Source: an uncultured Chloroflexia bacterium
GTDB taxonomy: Bacteria; Chloroflexota; Limnocylindria; Limnocylindrales; CSP1-4
Assembly (NCBI GenBank): GCA_963707215.1
Contig: CAVPPB010000001.1
Span: forward strand, 800,001 to 864,000
DNA length: 64,000 nucleotides
Direction: 5' to 3'
Shown: piece after piece, positions 40,358-50,496 of the stretch
Position numbering within the stretch: the stretch's first letter is position 1
Layout of the letters: each line of letters opens with the position of its first letter
Program-made: the position numbers and the translations under genes
The notes under the pieces: generated by a model
What the model was told of the DNA's origin: nothing
The model's database searches: none
What the model saw: the letters and a program-made list of their open reading frames with translations, nothing else

Positions 40358-40855
40358 TCAGAAGGGCGGCGCCTCGGAACCGACCTCCACGACAGTCACG
40401 GTCCTGATGCCCGCCGGCGTCTCGAAGCGGACCTCGTCCCCGGGGCCGGCCCCGAGCAGCGCACTCCCGAGGGGCGAGGCGATCGAGATCGCACCCCTGC
40501 CGGGGTCGCCTGCGCCCGGGATCACGAGCCGGAAGACGTCGATCTCGCCGTCGTCGGCGACCTTGACCTCGCGGCCGATCGCGGCCGAGGATCCGGCATC
40601 GACGATCTCGGCTGCCGCGACCGCCTCGCGCAGGGCCGCGAGCCGGCGATCGAGCGAGTCGGTGTCCCGGAGCCATTCTGCGATCGCCGCCGAGTCCGGC
40701 GTCTCGTCGGACCCACCGTCCGGCCCCACCTGCCGCGAGATGCTGGAGAGACGCCGCTCTTCCTCAGCCAGGTCCTGCCAGGCACGCTGGGTCATCGGAT
40801 ACGCCTCGACCTCCTCGATCCCGAGGCTGGCCGCGGTGGATGGCTGTCGATCCAT
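40358..40855 (-). CDS. GreA/GreB-family protein
   Basis: C-terminal G.IS.ASPLGSALLG..GDEV...TPAG. GGAGG RBS. Confidence 0.85.
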   Translation of the reverse strand: MDRQPSTAASLGIEEVEAYPMTQRAWQDLAEEERRLSSISRQVGPDGGSDETPDSAAIAEWLRDTDSLDRRLAALREAVAAAEIVDAGSSAAIGREVKVADDGEIDVFRLVIPGAGDPGRGAISIASPLGSALLGAGPGDEVRFETPAGIRTVTVVEVGSEAPPF

Positions 40856-40923
40856 CGACGGGACCTCCGTGGTTCGTCGCAGTGCCGACCAGCCCCCGGG
40901 CCGATCGGTCCCTCCGGTCTCGG

Positions 40924-41232
40924 CTACTCGGTGCCGTCGTCTGCGCCTTCGCGACGCAGCACGAGCCGGGCCCCGTCGCCGGCCTCCTCGAGGTCGAGGG
41001 TGGCCTCGCCGACCACCGCGACGACCTCCGGGGCGACATAGGCCCTGAGCCCCGCCTCCTCGGTCACGGCATCCTCGGGCCCAGGCTTCGACACGAAATC
41101 GAAGCCGAACCGGGACCGTCCACCCTGCGGGTCGCGGGGAGCGAAGAAACGGACGCCATACGAATCCGGCGCCCCGACCTCGGAACGGGCCGCGGTGAGC
41201 GCCATGGCAGCAGCTGGGGTCATCTTCAGCAT
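40924..41232 (-). CDS. HesB/IscA-like protein lacking the cluster-binding cysteines
   Basis: AGGGAGG RBS. LKMTPAA..A, GVR, P..EDAV....G.RAYV, ATLD pattern. Confidence 0.65.
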   Translation of the reverse strand: MLKMTPAAAMALTAARSEVGAPDSYGVRFFAPRDPQGGRSRFGFDFVSKPGPEDAVTEEAGLRAYVAPEVVAVVGEATLDLEEAGDGARLVLRREGADDGTE

Positions 41233-41326
41233 GAGGGGGTACCTCCCTTTCGGGTTGGACATACCACCCTGACCCCGCCCTCCCAGCCTGTCAAAGACCC
41301 GGGTCCCGGTTCGTTCGCGGCCCAGG

Positions 41327-41736
41327 TCAGCGTTGCCACAACGTTCCGCCGAGCGCGACCACCCGCTCGATGTCGGCCTCGTCGTTCCCCACGTGGGTCG
41401 AGAAGCGGATCGCCGTGCCACGAGTGCGCCCTGGTCCGACCACCTGGAAGGCGACCCCACGCGGGTAGAGCAGGTGCTTGTAGCCGGCGACGACGAGGTA
41501 GTCGACCCCGTCGATCAGGTCGTTGAGCGGCACCTGCGGGACGGCCTGGGTGCCGTCCACCAGGACCAGGGCGCCGACGGCCCGGGCCCGCGAGACCACG
41601 GCCGCCAAGTCGGCCATCCGACCAGCGCCGCCCGCATCGCCCGGACGGTCAGCTCTGGCGGCACGCCGTAGGTCGCCCAGTCGAGGTAGGCGCTTCCCGG
41701 CTGCGGCGCCAAGTGGGAGCAGGCGTCCGGCGGCAC
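41327..41736 (-). pseudogene. Internally deleted class V aminotransferase / cysteine desulfurase remnant
   Basis: N-terminal AYLDWATYG, central LVDGTQA..GYKHL and C-terminal IRFSTH..N.EADI motifs are squeezed into about 400 bp and two frames. Confidence 0.75.
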
Positions 41737-41823
41737 CGTCGCAGTCTACGGAGGGTGCGAGTGGCGCGCCGCGGGGTCGGCGCGAATGGCCGATCCGGGC
41801 GGCGATCGGGCGCCGAGGGAGGG

Positions 41824-42312
41824 TCAGGCGCCTGCGTCGACGGGCTGCCCGGCGATCCCCAGGGCGACCTCCTCGGCCCTGGCCTCGGCACCGCGCTCGA
41901 TGATGTCGATGTAGAGGTTCTCCTCGGCCAGGTGCACCTTCATCAGGGCGTACAACGAGAAGACGACGCGTCGGACGGCCAGAGCCTTGCCGAGCGAGTG
42001 ATGTGCGTCACGGACCTGCGGCCACAAGCGGGAATACTCGGCTGCCAGCTGCCGGATCCGGGCATGTTCACGGCGCAGCGGCGTCATCGAGTGCCGGTTC
42101 TGCATCAGGCGTTCGAGCTCGGGGAAGACCACCGGCTCGGCCGCGTCCATGTGCGGCAGGAGGGTCCCGTTCAGGAACTCGTCCATGTCGGCGAGGCGAG
42201 GCCGGAGCTCCTCCTCGGGCGCCGCGAGGAGCATGTCGCCGAGCTCGGGCATCAGGTCGACCGTGGCGACCATCTCGTCGTGCTGGGCGTGAGCGGCGTG
42301 CGCGGTCGTCAT
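41824..42312 (-). CDS. Hemerythrin-domain protein
   Basis: LLPHMDAAE..VFP, RREH, HLAEE.LY. Confidence 0.8.
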   Translation of the reverse strand: MTTAHAAHAQHDEMVATVDLMPELGDMLLAAPEEELRPRLADMDEFLNGTLLPHMDAAEPVVFPELERLMQNRHSMTPLRREHARIRQLAAEYSRLWPQVRDAHHSLGKALAVRRVVFSLYALMKVHLAEENLYIDIIERGAEARAEEVALGIAGQPVDAGA

Positions 42313-42460
42313 GACGACCCTCCGGTATGGCGGGCCGACGTGTTCGCTGGACCCCCGATCCCGGGAGCCGCGCGGGGACGACATCCGCAGGAGCGCGTCG
42401 GCCGATGCGCCCGCGGATGTCGGGGACGTGATAGGTCGATGGAGTCGGATCGACGGCCTG

Positions 42461-42838
42461 TCATCGGGTGGGACCGCCGGGACGGGAGGTGGTCGGTCGG
42501 TCGCCGGCGACCGCCGCGAGGCCCCCGAGTCGAGTGAGCCGTCGGATGAGGACCTCGCGCATAAGGCCGCAGGCGGACAGGATCTCGGGGTCGGTCAAGC
42601 GATAGATGACCGTTCGGCCGGCCCGATCCGCGGTGACGAGCCCGGCCGCCCGCATGGCGGCCAGGTGCTGGGAGGTCGCCGACTGGCTGAGCCCAAGCTC
42701 GCGGGCGAGGTCGGAGACGCCGATCGGCCCGCGGCCCAGGACGTGGATCAAGCGAAGGCGGTGGCCGCTGGCCAGGGTGCGGAGGATCGAGGCCTGGATC
42801 GCATCGATGTCGTCGACGGAGCCGAACATGGACCCCAC
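42461..42838 (-). CDS. ArsR/SmtB-family regulator
   Basis: RLRLI, SQSATSQHLAAMR.AGLV, R.G..V.Y.L. Confidence 0.88.
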   Translation of the reverse strand: MGSMFGSVDDIDAIQASILRTLASGHRLRLIHVLGRGPIGVSDLARELGLSQSATSQHLAAMRAAGLVTADRAGRTVIYRLTDPEILSACGLMREVLIRRLTRLGGLAAVAGDRPTTSRPGGPTR

Positions 42839-42976
42839 CAGAGTGCGCTATCGGGCGCTACCTGCGCTCAGTCCTCATATTCGCCCTGGGTGCATGTGTC
42901 CCGACGGGCCGTCGGTCACGAACGGCAGCCCGTTCGGCCCGTTCGTCGGCCGGCGCCGGCGGCAGATGACGGGGCG

Positions 42977-43630
42977 TCAGACGCTGGCACCCACCAGTGC
43001 CTGGGCGACCCCGACCGCGCCCACCGCGTCCTCGCCGTAGCCATCCGCTCCGATCTCGTCGGCCCAGGCCTTGGTCACCGGCGCGCCGCCGACCATGACC
43101 TTGACGTTCGGCCGAAGACCGGCCGAGGCGAGCGCCTCGACGACGGTCCGCTGGCCGGTCATCGTGGTCGTGAGCAGGGCCGACACGCCGACCAGGTCGG
43201 CGCCGACCTCCTGGGCCTTCTCGACGAACCGCTCCGGCGAGACGTCGACGCCGAGGTCGTGGACCTCGAAGCCGTTCGCGGTGAGCATCATCCCGACGAG
43301 GTTCTTGCCGATCTCGTGGATGTCGCCCTGGACGGTCCCGATGACGACCCGCCCCGCGATCTTGCGCTGGGAGGCCCGGGCCATCATCTCCGGCTCGAGG
43401 ACACCGATCGCCGTCTGCATCGCCCGGGCGGCCAGCATCATGTCGGGCAGGAACAGGTCGCCGCAGCGGAACTGCTCGCCGACGTGCCGGATCCCGGGGA
43501 CGAAGGCCTCGTCGATGGCGACGAGCGGATCGATGCCCTCGGCGAGGGCCTGCTCTGCCAGCTTGCCGGCCGCGGTCGCATCGCCGTCGATGACGCTCTG
43601 GCGCATCGCGTCGAAGAGCTCCTGGGTCAT
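42977..43630 (-). CDS. Methyltransferase corrinoid protein (MttC/MtbC-like)
   Basis: FLPDMMLAA and the B12 motif GDIHEIGKNLV...SALLTTTM...GGAP. Confidence 0.95.
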   Translation of the reverse strand: MTQELFDAMRQSVIDGDATAAGKLAEQALAEGIDPLVAIDEAFVPGIRHVGEQFRCGDLFLPDMMLAARAMQTAIGVLEPEMMARASQRKIAGRVVIGTVQGDIHEIGKNLVGMMLTANGFEVHDLGVDVSPERFVEKAQEVGADLVGVSALLTTTMTGQRTVVEALASAGLRPNVKVMVGGAPVTKAWADEIGADGYGEDAVGAVGVAQALVGASV

Positions 43631-43697
43631 GGATGCTGCCTCCTGGGCTGGGGCCGGGCACGACTGGCTCGGCCGAGATGACCTGACTGGATCCGGT

Positions 43698-45188
43698 TCA
43701 TGCCATGGCGTCCGCCGGGCTGCGCGCCGACGCATCGGCGGTGGTGGCCCGGCCGAGGGCGAGGTCGGCCTCGGCGAGGACCCGGTCGAGCTCAGCCTGG
43801 ACATCATCGGGCAGTGGGTCGACGAGCGGCGCCCCGACGATCTCGCGGACCCGGTCCTGGGCCCGGTCGTACATCGACGGCGAGCCGGCCCCGAGCCAGG
43901 CCTCGCGCGACTGCCGGCCAAAGATCGTCGGCAGGAAGAACTCGCCACTCCGGGCGGCCCGGCGGGTCGTCTCGCTGAACAGGAAGTCGCCGCCGGGTCC
44001 GACCGCGGCGATCTCGTCGAACAGGCCGGCCTCGGGCCCGGTGGCCATCCCCGCCACGAGGCGCTCGCACATCCGGGCGAGCTCGTTGTCCACGAGGATC
44101 TGCTCCAGGACGAGCGTCTGGTCGCCATCGATCTCGCCGAACCCGACGACGATCGACGCCCCGGCCGACATCGGCGGCAGCATCGTCATCAGCTTGTCGA
44201 CGATCGCCTCGGCGCCGACGTCGTGGGCGTCGGACGCGCAGCCCGACGCGGTCGTCGGCAGGCCGTAGGAGCGACCCATCGTCGTGAGCACGCCCGACTG
44301 GATGCCGGCCTCCGGTGTCCCGCCGAGGAAGCCGCCGGTCCGGAAGTCCATCGAGGCGACGCAGCTGCTGTACATGAGCGGCCGACCAGGATGGGCGAGC
44401 TGGAAGACGACGATCGACGAGAGGGCCTCGGCGTTGGCCAGGCTGACGTTGGCGAACAGGCCGGCCGGGCCCGTGGTGCCGGCGATCGGCATCGGCATGA
44501 TCATCACCGGGACGTCGAGGGCGCCCAGGTCCAGGTAGGCGTCGAGCATCGGCCCGTCGTGCGTCAGCGGGGCGACCGGGCAGTAGATGACCGATGCCGG
44601 ATGACGCTCTCGGACCGCGGGCTCGCCGCCGAACACGACCCGCAGGACCTCGGCCAGGAAGGGCGCCTGCTCGCGGGTGTGGAGCTCGTGCTGGCCGTGC
44701 TTGGCGCAGGCCCGCAGCATCGTCGCGAACTCGTGGAGCGGCCGCGAGGCGCTCGGCATGTCCGAGGCGGCGACCGGCGGCCAGGCCAGGACGCCCATGT
44801 CGGCGGTGGCGAAGATCCGGCAGCCCAGCTCGATGTCGCGCCGGGTGCCGTAGCGACGCTCGCCGGTCTCGAAGTCGCGGGCGAAGGCGGCCGTGCCATC
44901 AAGCCCGAACCGGGTGCCCGGGGACGGCAGGGGGTAGTCGTGCTCGGGATCACGGGCTCCCAGGACGAACGAGCCGGGGGTCGAGGCCAGCGCCGATTCC
45001 ACGAGCGAGCGAGGGATCCGGGCGACCCCGGTCGCCCGGTCGACCTCCGCGCCGGCGTCCTCGAGGAGCGGCAGCGCCAGGTCACCGTGGTAGCGGACCC
45101 CGACCTCGGCCAGGATCCGCAGGCTCTGCTCGTGGATCCGGTCCCGGTCCGTGTCCGCCAGGAAGGTTGCCTCGTACCGCATCGTCAT
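43698..45188 (-). CDS. MttB-superfamily methyltransferase, non-pyrrolysine (4th in operon)
   Basis: IHEQSL.IL..VG, NAEALS, P.MY...MDFRTG, EQILVDNE, VGPGGDFL. Confidence 0.9.
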   Translation of the reverse strand: MTMRYEATFLADTDRDRIHEQSLRILAEVGVRYHGDLALPLLEDAGAEVDRATGVARIPRSLVESALASTPGSFVLGARDPEHDYPLPSPGTRFGLDGTAAFARDFETGERRYGTRRDIELGCRIFATADMGVLAWPPVAASDMPSASRPLHEFATMLRACAKHGQHELHTREQAPFLAEVLRVVFGGEPAVRERHPASVIYCPVAPLTHDGPMLDAYLDLGALDVPVMIMPMPIAGTTGPAGLFANVSLANAEALSSIVVFQLAHPGRPLMYSSCVASMDFRTGGFLGGTPEAGIQSGVLTTMGRSYGLPTTASGCASDAHDVGAEAIVDKLMTMLPPMSAGASIVVGFGEIDGDQTLVLEQILVDNELARMCERLVAGMATGPEAGLFDEIAAVGPGGDFLFSETTRRAARSGEFFLPTIFGRQSREAWLGAGSPSMYDRAQDRVREIVGAPLVDPLPDDVQAELDRVLAEADLALGRATTADASARSPADAMA

Positions 45189-46636
45189 CCGACCCCGCCC
45201 GGGGTCGCTCCGTTCCGTGCTGCCTGCTCGATCCGTTCGAGCTCACGGGTCGTCGCCTCGTCCAGCCGCAGCGGCTCGTGGCCGGCGATCGTCGCGTCGA
45301 CGATCGACCGCGCCTCCTCGAGCAGCTCCGGTCGGCCGGCGGCGTCCCAGCGCTCGTACGTGTCGTGGACGCCCATCGTGTCGATGGACCACTCGCCGCG
45401 GTGGACCGCGTCCCGCGTGGCGGTCCGGGCGATGAAGTCGCCGCCGGGCCCGACATCGGCGATGGCGGCCTCGACGGGCTCGCCGGCGAGGTCCTCGATC
45501 CCCCGGTGGAGCCGTTCGCAGCGCCGGAAGACCTCGAGGTCGATGACCAGCTGCTCGAGGCTCAGGACGGTCGACCCGCTGAGGCAGCCCGGCCCCACGA
45601 GGATGTCGGGCCGGGCCAGCGCCGGCAGGACCCAGTCGGTGGCCCGCTCGTAGGCCGCCTGGATGCCCGGCACGTGATGGTCGCTGCTGCCGGTCGAGGC
45701 CATGACCGGCAGCCCGTAGCCCCGGGCGACCTCGACGGCGGCCGCGCCCAGGAGGCCGTGCTCCACGGCCCCGCCAGCCCAGCGCCCGGTCCGTGGCTCC
45801 ATGACCGCCAGCGCCGGGGCGTAGATGAACGGCGTCCCGGGCGCCGCGGCCTGGACCAGGCAGAGCATCGCCAGGATCTCGGCATTGCCGAGGACCACCG
45901 TCGAGAGCAGCCCCACCGGCGCGGTGAGGCCCATGACCGGCATGGGCATGACGGCGATCGGCAGGCCCCAGTCGAGGGTCGCCAGGCAGGCGTCCGTGTC
46001 GGGGCCCTCGAGGACCAGCGGCGAGAGCGGGCAGACGAGGAACGAGAAGGGATGCTGGCGACGGACCGCCTCGCGCCCACCGAAGACGGTGCCCAGCACC
46101 TCGAGGAGCCAGCCGACGTCGGCCGGATCGGTCGTCCCGTCCTGGACGTGCTTCGAGAAGAGCCCCAGCGCCTGGGTCCAGCGCCGGACGGCGACCCCCG
46201 GCCCGACCTCGCCGCGGCCGACCTCCACGGCCTCCCAGTAGACGCCGACGGCGTCGGTCGCGTCGATGAGCCGGGTGGCCCGCTCCCAGTCGTCGTTCGT
46301 CGCGGTCCGCCGGAGACCGGTCTCGGGGTCGATGACGTGGATCGCCTGGCCGTCGATGCAGAGGGTGCAGCCGCCCGCGTTCATCGCCAGCGACCAGCCG
46401 GGCCGCCGGCCACCCAGCGAGAAACGGCGGGGGGCCGCAGCGAGCGAGCGCTCGACCAGCTCGGGCGGGAAGCGGACGACCCGGGTCGCCTCGTCGACCG
46501 GGGCGCCGGCCTCGGCCAGGATCGCCCTGGCCCGCGCCGAATCGACCCGCAGGCCGGTCGTCCCGAGGACGGCCAGGGTCCGCTCGTGGACGGCGCTCCG
46601 GTCCTCGTCCGAGAGGACCTGGACGCGGGTCCTCAC
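45185..46636 (-). CDS. MttB-superfamily methyltransferase, non-pyrrolysine (3rd in operon)
   Basis: VHERTL.VL..G, SPL, GNAEILA, PG.P.IY, EQLVID.E, VGPGGDF. Confidence 0.9.
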   Translation of the reverse strand: MRTRVQVLSDEDRSAVHERTLAVLGTTGLRVDSARARAILAEAGAPVDEATRVVRFPPELVERSLAAAPRRFSLGGRRPGWSLAMNAGGCTLCIDGQAIHVIDPETGLRRTATNDDWERATRLIDATDAVGVYWEAVEVGRGEVGPGVAVRRWTQALGLFSKHVQDGTTDPADVGWLLEVLGTVFGGREAVRRQHPFSFLVCPLSPLVLEGPDTDACLATLDWGLPIAVMPMPVMGLTAPVGLLSTVVLGNAEILAMLCLVQAAAPGTPFIYAPALAVMEPRTGRWAGGAVEHGLLGAAAVEVARGYGLPVMASTGSSDHHVPGIQAAYERATDWVLPALARPDILVGPGCLSGSTVLSLEQLVIDLEVFRRCERLHRGIEDLAGEPVEAAIADVGPGGDFIARTATRDAVHRGEWSIDTMGVHDTYERWDAAGRPELLEEARSIVDATIAGHEPLRLDEATTRELERIEQAARNGATPGGVG

Positions 46637-48180
46637 CGTCGGGCGCTCCCGTGGGCGGTCCGGGTCGCCGGCTCGCCGCCGCCCAGCTCGCGATCGGCCG
46701 CCGCGACGATCCGCTCGAGCTCGGTCGCCACCGCGTCCTCGAGGGGCTCCGGCCAGTGCTCGGCCAGGATCCGCTCGACGGAATGGCGGGCCACCTCGAC
46801 CGGGTCGACCGCGCTCCCGTCCACGGTGGTCCGACCGGTCAGCAGCGAGAAGGGCAGCTGGCGCAGGCCGTCCCGGGTGCTCGGCTCGTACAGGTAGTGA
46901 CCGCGGGGGCCGACCGACCGGATGACCTCGATGGCCAGCGCCTCGGGCGACGTGTCGAGTCCGGCCAGATCGACCCGGACCCGCTCGTGGAGGTCGGCGT
47001 CGAGGACCAGCTGCTCGGGGTAGAGCAGGGTGCAGCCCTCCAGCAGGCCCATCCCCGAGCCGGTCTCGGCACCCAGCAGGGAGCAGAGCGTCAGGCCGAC
47101 GGCGGCCTCGGCGGGGACCTGCCAGCCGGGCACCATCGCGTCGGTGCCGAAGACGCCGGCCAGCGTCGGCACTCCCCAGGCATGGGCGAGCTCGACCCCG
47201 GCCGCGTAGGCGACGTCCCCGGCGATGGCGGTGGCCAGGAAGCCGCCGGTCCGTGGGTCCATGACCCCGGGCATGAGGGAGTGGAAGACGGGGGCGCCCG
47301 GGTGGACGAGCTGGACGAGGACGAGCGCGGCGACGATCTCGGCGTCGCCCTGGACCACGGTCCCCGCGATCGAGGCCGGTCCGGTGGAGCCGGCGTTGGC
47401 CATCGACATGAAGCCGACCGGCAGCCCGGCCTCGGCCATGACCAGCGCCCCCTCGAGGCCCTCGGCGTCCTGGGCCAGCGGGGCGATGGCGCAGATGAGG
47501 GCGGACAGCGGCGGCCGGGTCCGCATCGTGGCCTCGTCGCCGGCCAGGACCCGGGCCATCTCGACGGCGTAGCGGGCCGTGGGCTCGCCCATGACCGTCT
47601 CGGTCTGGACGTGCTTCACGGTGCCGGCGTACGACGCCAGGAGCTCGTGGAGCGGGGCCGTCGCCGGATGGTCCTGGGCGCTGACGATGGGCCAGTAGAA
47701 GCCGACCGCCGGCAGGGCGTCGGCGACGCGGGCCATGTCGGCGACGTCCCGGGTCAGCGAGGCCCGCCGCTCGCGGGTATCCGGGTCGATGGTGGCGATG
47801 CCGCAGCCGTCGGTGGCGACGTACAGGGCCGTCCCGTCGAGGACGGCGTCATGGGCCGGGGTCCGGGCGCCCATCGTGTAGTGGCGCGGCGCCCGGGCCA
47901 TGGCCGCCTCGACGAGATCGGGCGGGATGCGGACGACCTGGGTCGCGTCGTCGACCTCCGCCCCATGCTCCCGGAACAGCTCCCGGCACTTCGCCGATGG
48001 GACGTGGACGCCGATCGTGGCCAGGATCTCCAGGGTCCCCGCTCGCAGGTCGGCGAGCTGGCCGTCGTCGAGGACCCGCAGCCGGTAGGCCGGCCGGATC
48101 GGCGCCAGGGGCGGCGTCGCGCTGGGGGAGACGGACGACGCGCCGGGGGAAGCGCCCGACGCCCCGGGGGCTCGGGTCAT
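46633..48180 (-). CDS. MttB-superfamily methyltransferase, non-pyrrolysine (2nd in operon)
   Basis: TDGCG, KHVQ, APL.QD, AEIVA, MDPRTG, PEQLVLD, VGPRGHYL. Confidence 0.9.
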   Translation of the reverse strand: MTRAPGASGASPGASSVSPSATPPLAPIRPAYRLRVLDDGQLADLRAGTLEILATIGVHVPSAKCRELFREHGAEVDDATQVVRIPPDLVEAAMARAPRHYTMGARTPAHDAVLDGTALYVATDGCGIATIDPDTRERRASLTRDVADMARVADALPAVGFYWPIVSAQDHPATAPLHELLASYAGTVKHVQTETVMGEPTARYAVEMARVLAGDEATMRTRPPLSALICAIAPLAQDAEGLEGALVMAEAGLPVGFMSMANAGSTGPASIAGTVVQGDAEIVAALVLVQLVHPGAPVFHSLMPGVMDPRTGGFLATAIAGDVAYAAGVELAHAWGVPTLAGVFGTDAMVPGWQVPAEAAVGLTLCSLLGAETGSGMGLLEGCTLLYPEQLVLDADLHERVRVDLAGLDTSPEALAIEVIRSVGPRGHYLYEPSTRDGLRQLPFSLLTGRTTVDGSAVDPVEVARHSVERILAEHWPEPLEDAVATELERIVAAADRELGGGEPATRTAHGSARR

Positions 48181-49634
48181 CCGCGAGCCTCCTCGTCGGC
48201 GGCCGCCAGGATCCGGGTCAGCTCGGCCTGCTGGGCCGGCTCGAGCGGCTCCGGATGATGGTTGGCCCGGATCCACTCGACCCGCTCGCGGGCGACCTCG
48301 ATGGGATCCCGGTAGCCGGTCCCCTCACCGAGCTCGTGGGTGAGCGCCCGGGTCATGGCCGTCCGCATGTGGGTGCGGGTGTGCGGCTCGTACAGGTAGT
48401 GGCCGCCGGGTCCGACCGCCGCGATGACGTCCACGGCCAGCGTCTCGTCGTCGACCTCGGCCGCCATCAGCGCGTAGCGGGCCCGCTGGTAGATGTCGTC
48501 GTCGAGGACGATCGCCTCCGGGTAGAGCAGCGTGTACGTCCGGTCGAGACCCAGGCCGGTGACGATCTCCGGGCTGGTCAGGCCGGCCAGGAACGGGTCG
48601 AGGGCCACCTCGACGCCCGCCTGCCAGGTCCCGGCCTCCTTCGAGTCCGTCCCGAAGCAGGCCGCCATCGACGGCAGGCCCCAGTGGTGGGCCATCTCGA
48701 CCGGGGCGTAGCGGACCCGGTTGTCGAGCGCGTAGCCGACGTAGCCGCCGGTCCGCGGGTCCGCCCAGGCCTTCATGATCGAGTGGAAGACCGGCGTCCC
48801 GGGATAGGCCAGCTGGAGCAGGACGATCGCGCTGATGACCTCCGCGTCGCCGACGACCAGCGAGCCCGCCGACGTGGCCGGAGAGGTCGTCCCCATCGTC
48901 GGCATGGCCAGGAACCCGACGGGGATGCCGGCCTCGGCGAAGACGAGCGACGCCTCGATGCCGGCCTCGTCCTGGACGAGCGGGGCGATGGAGCAGATCA
49001 GGTCGGAGAAGACGGGGCGCTCGCGCAGCGCCTCGCGGCTGCCGGCGATGACGGTCGCCATCTCGACGGCGCGACGGGCCTGCGTCTCGCCCATGACCAT
49101 GCCCTGGAAGTGCTTGACCGTGTTGTTGAAGGCCGCGTCGATCTCGTGGAGCTGGGAGGTCCGGCCGTGGTCCTGGGCGCTCACCGTCGGCCACATGAAG
49201 CCGATCGACGGCAGGTAGTCGGCGATCCGGGCGATCTGGGCGACGTCGGCCTTGGTCGAGGGGCGTTCCTTGCGGGTGTCCCAGTCGATCGTCGCCACGC
49301 CGCACCCATCGGTCGTGAAGTAGCTGACCCCGTCCTGCAGGTGGAGGTCGTAGGCCGGGTCGCGGGCCGCCATCGTGAAGTAGCGCGGCGCCGAGGCAAG
49401 GGCCCGGCGGACCAGGTCCCTGGGGAGGCGGACGACCTGGGACTCGCGGTCCACCTGGGCGCCGTGGTCGGCCAGGATGGCCAGGGCCTTCTCCGACGGG
49501 AAGCGGACGCCGACCCGCTCGAGCACCTCCAGGGTGGCGTCCTGGAGACGGTCGAGCTGCTCGTCGGCGAGGAAGCGCACCCGGTAGTCCGAGCGGATGG
49601 GCTGCAGCGGCGGCCGGGCGACGGCGACGGTCAT
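48177..49634 (-). CDS. MttB-superfamily methyltransferase, non-pyrrolysine (1st in operon)
   Basis: TDGCG, KHFQ, APLVQD, AEVIS, DPRTG, TDSK, VGPGGHYL. Confidence 0.9.
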   Translation of the reverse strand: MTVAVARPPLQPIRSDYRVRFLADEQLDRLQDATLEVLERVGVRFPSEKALAILADHGAQVDRESQVVRLPRDLVRRALASAPRYFTMAARDPAYDLHLQDGVSYFTTDGCGVATIDWDTRKERPSTKADVAQIARIADYLPSIGFMWPTVSAQDHGRTSQLHEIDAAFNNTVKHFQGMVMGETQARRAVEMATVIAGSREALRERPVFSDLICSIAPLVQDEAGIEASLVFAEAGIPVGFLAMPTMGTTSPATSAGSLVVGDAEVISAIVLLQLAYPGTPVFHSIMKAWADPRTGGYVGYALDNRVRYAPVEMAHHWGLPSMAACFGTDSKEAGTWQAGVEVALDPFLAGLTSPEIVTGLGLDRTYTLLYPEAIVLDDDIYQRARYALMAAEVDDETLAVDVIAAVGPGGHYLYEPHTRTHMRTAMTRALTHELGEGTGYRDPIEVARERVEWIRANHHPEPLEPAQQAELTRILAAADEEARG

Positions 49635-49677
49635 GGTCGGCTCCTTCCGATGTGGGGGCTCGCTGGCGTGGTCCGGG

Positions 49678-50496
49678 TCATGGGCGCTCCGTCTCCGGGG
49701 CCGGCGCGCCGCGGGACCGGCGGCGGGCGCTGACCCGGAGGGAGACGAGGATCGCGATCGCGGTCGTCACGACGATGATCGTCGAGATCGCGTTGATCTC
49801 CGGCGTCACCCCGAAACGGATCCGTGAGTAGATGTAGAGCGGTAGCGTGGACGACCCGACGCCGGCGTTGAACGAGGTGATGATCAGGTCGTCGAACGAG
49901 AGGGCGAACGAGATGAGGGCCCCGGCGGCCACGGCCGGGGCGATGAGCGGCAGGGTCACGTGGAGGAACGCCTGCCGGGCCGACGCCCCCAGGTCGCGGG
50001 CAGCCTCCTCCATCCTGGGATCGAGTGACACGGCCCGGGCCCGAACGATGATCGCCACGTACGAGATCGAGAAGGCGATGTGGGCGATGGCGATCTGGAG
50101 CATCGAGCCGTTCGCCGAGAACAGCAGGGCGAAGAACAGCAGCAGGCTGATGCCCATGACCACCTCGGGGGTCACCATCGGCAGCAGGATCAGGGTGTCC
50201 GACGCGGTGGCGGCCCGGCCCGACCGGAGGCGCGCGAGGCCCAGCCCGAGCAGGGTCCCGATGGCTGTCGTCACGACGACCGAGATGAAGGCGACCTGGA
50301 GCGACACGCCCAGGGCCGCCAGCAGCGCATCGTTGCCGAACAGCTCCGGGTACCACTTCAGGGTGAAGCCGCGCCAGATGAAGTTCCGCTTGCTGTCGTT
50401 GAAGCTGAAGATGATCAGGACGACGATCGGGGCGAACAGGAACGCGTAGACAGCCAGGCCGTAGAGCGTGAGCCAGCGGTTCCGCTCGCGGCGCAT
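49678..50496 (-). CDS. potC: Polyamine-type ABC permease
   Basis: FSFN, GFTLKWY, EEAARDLGA, LSFDD, TLPLYIYS, PEINAIS. Confidence 0.9.
   Translation of the reverse strand: MRRERNRWLTLYGLAVYAFLFAPIVVLIIFSFNDSKRNFIWRGFTLKWYPELFGNDALLAALGVSLQVAFISVVVTTAIGTLLGLGLARLRSGRAATASDTLILLPMVTPEVVMGISLLLFFALLFSANGSMLQIAIAHIAFSISYVAIIVRARAVSLDPRMEEAARDLGASARQAFLHVTLPLIAPAVAAGALISFALSFDDLIITSFNAGVGSSTLPLYIYSRIRFGVTPEINAISTIIVVTTAIAILVSLRVSARRRSRGAPAPETERP

Noticed and set aside
43698-49634. Pyrrolysine-containing MttB
   Set aside because: All four ORFs are full length with no in-frame TAG, and no pyl genes are seen.
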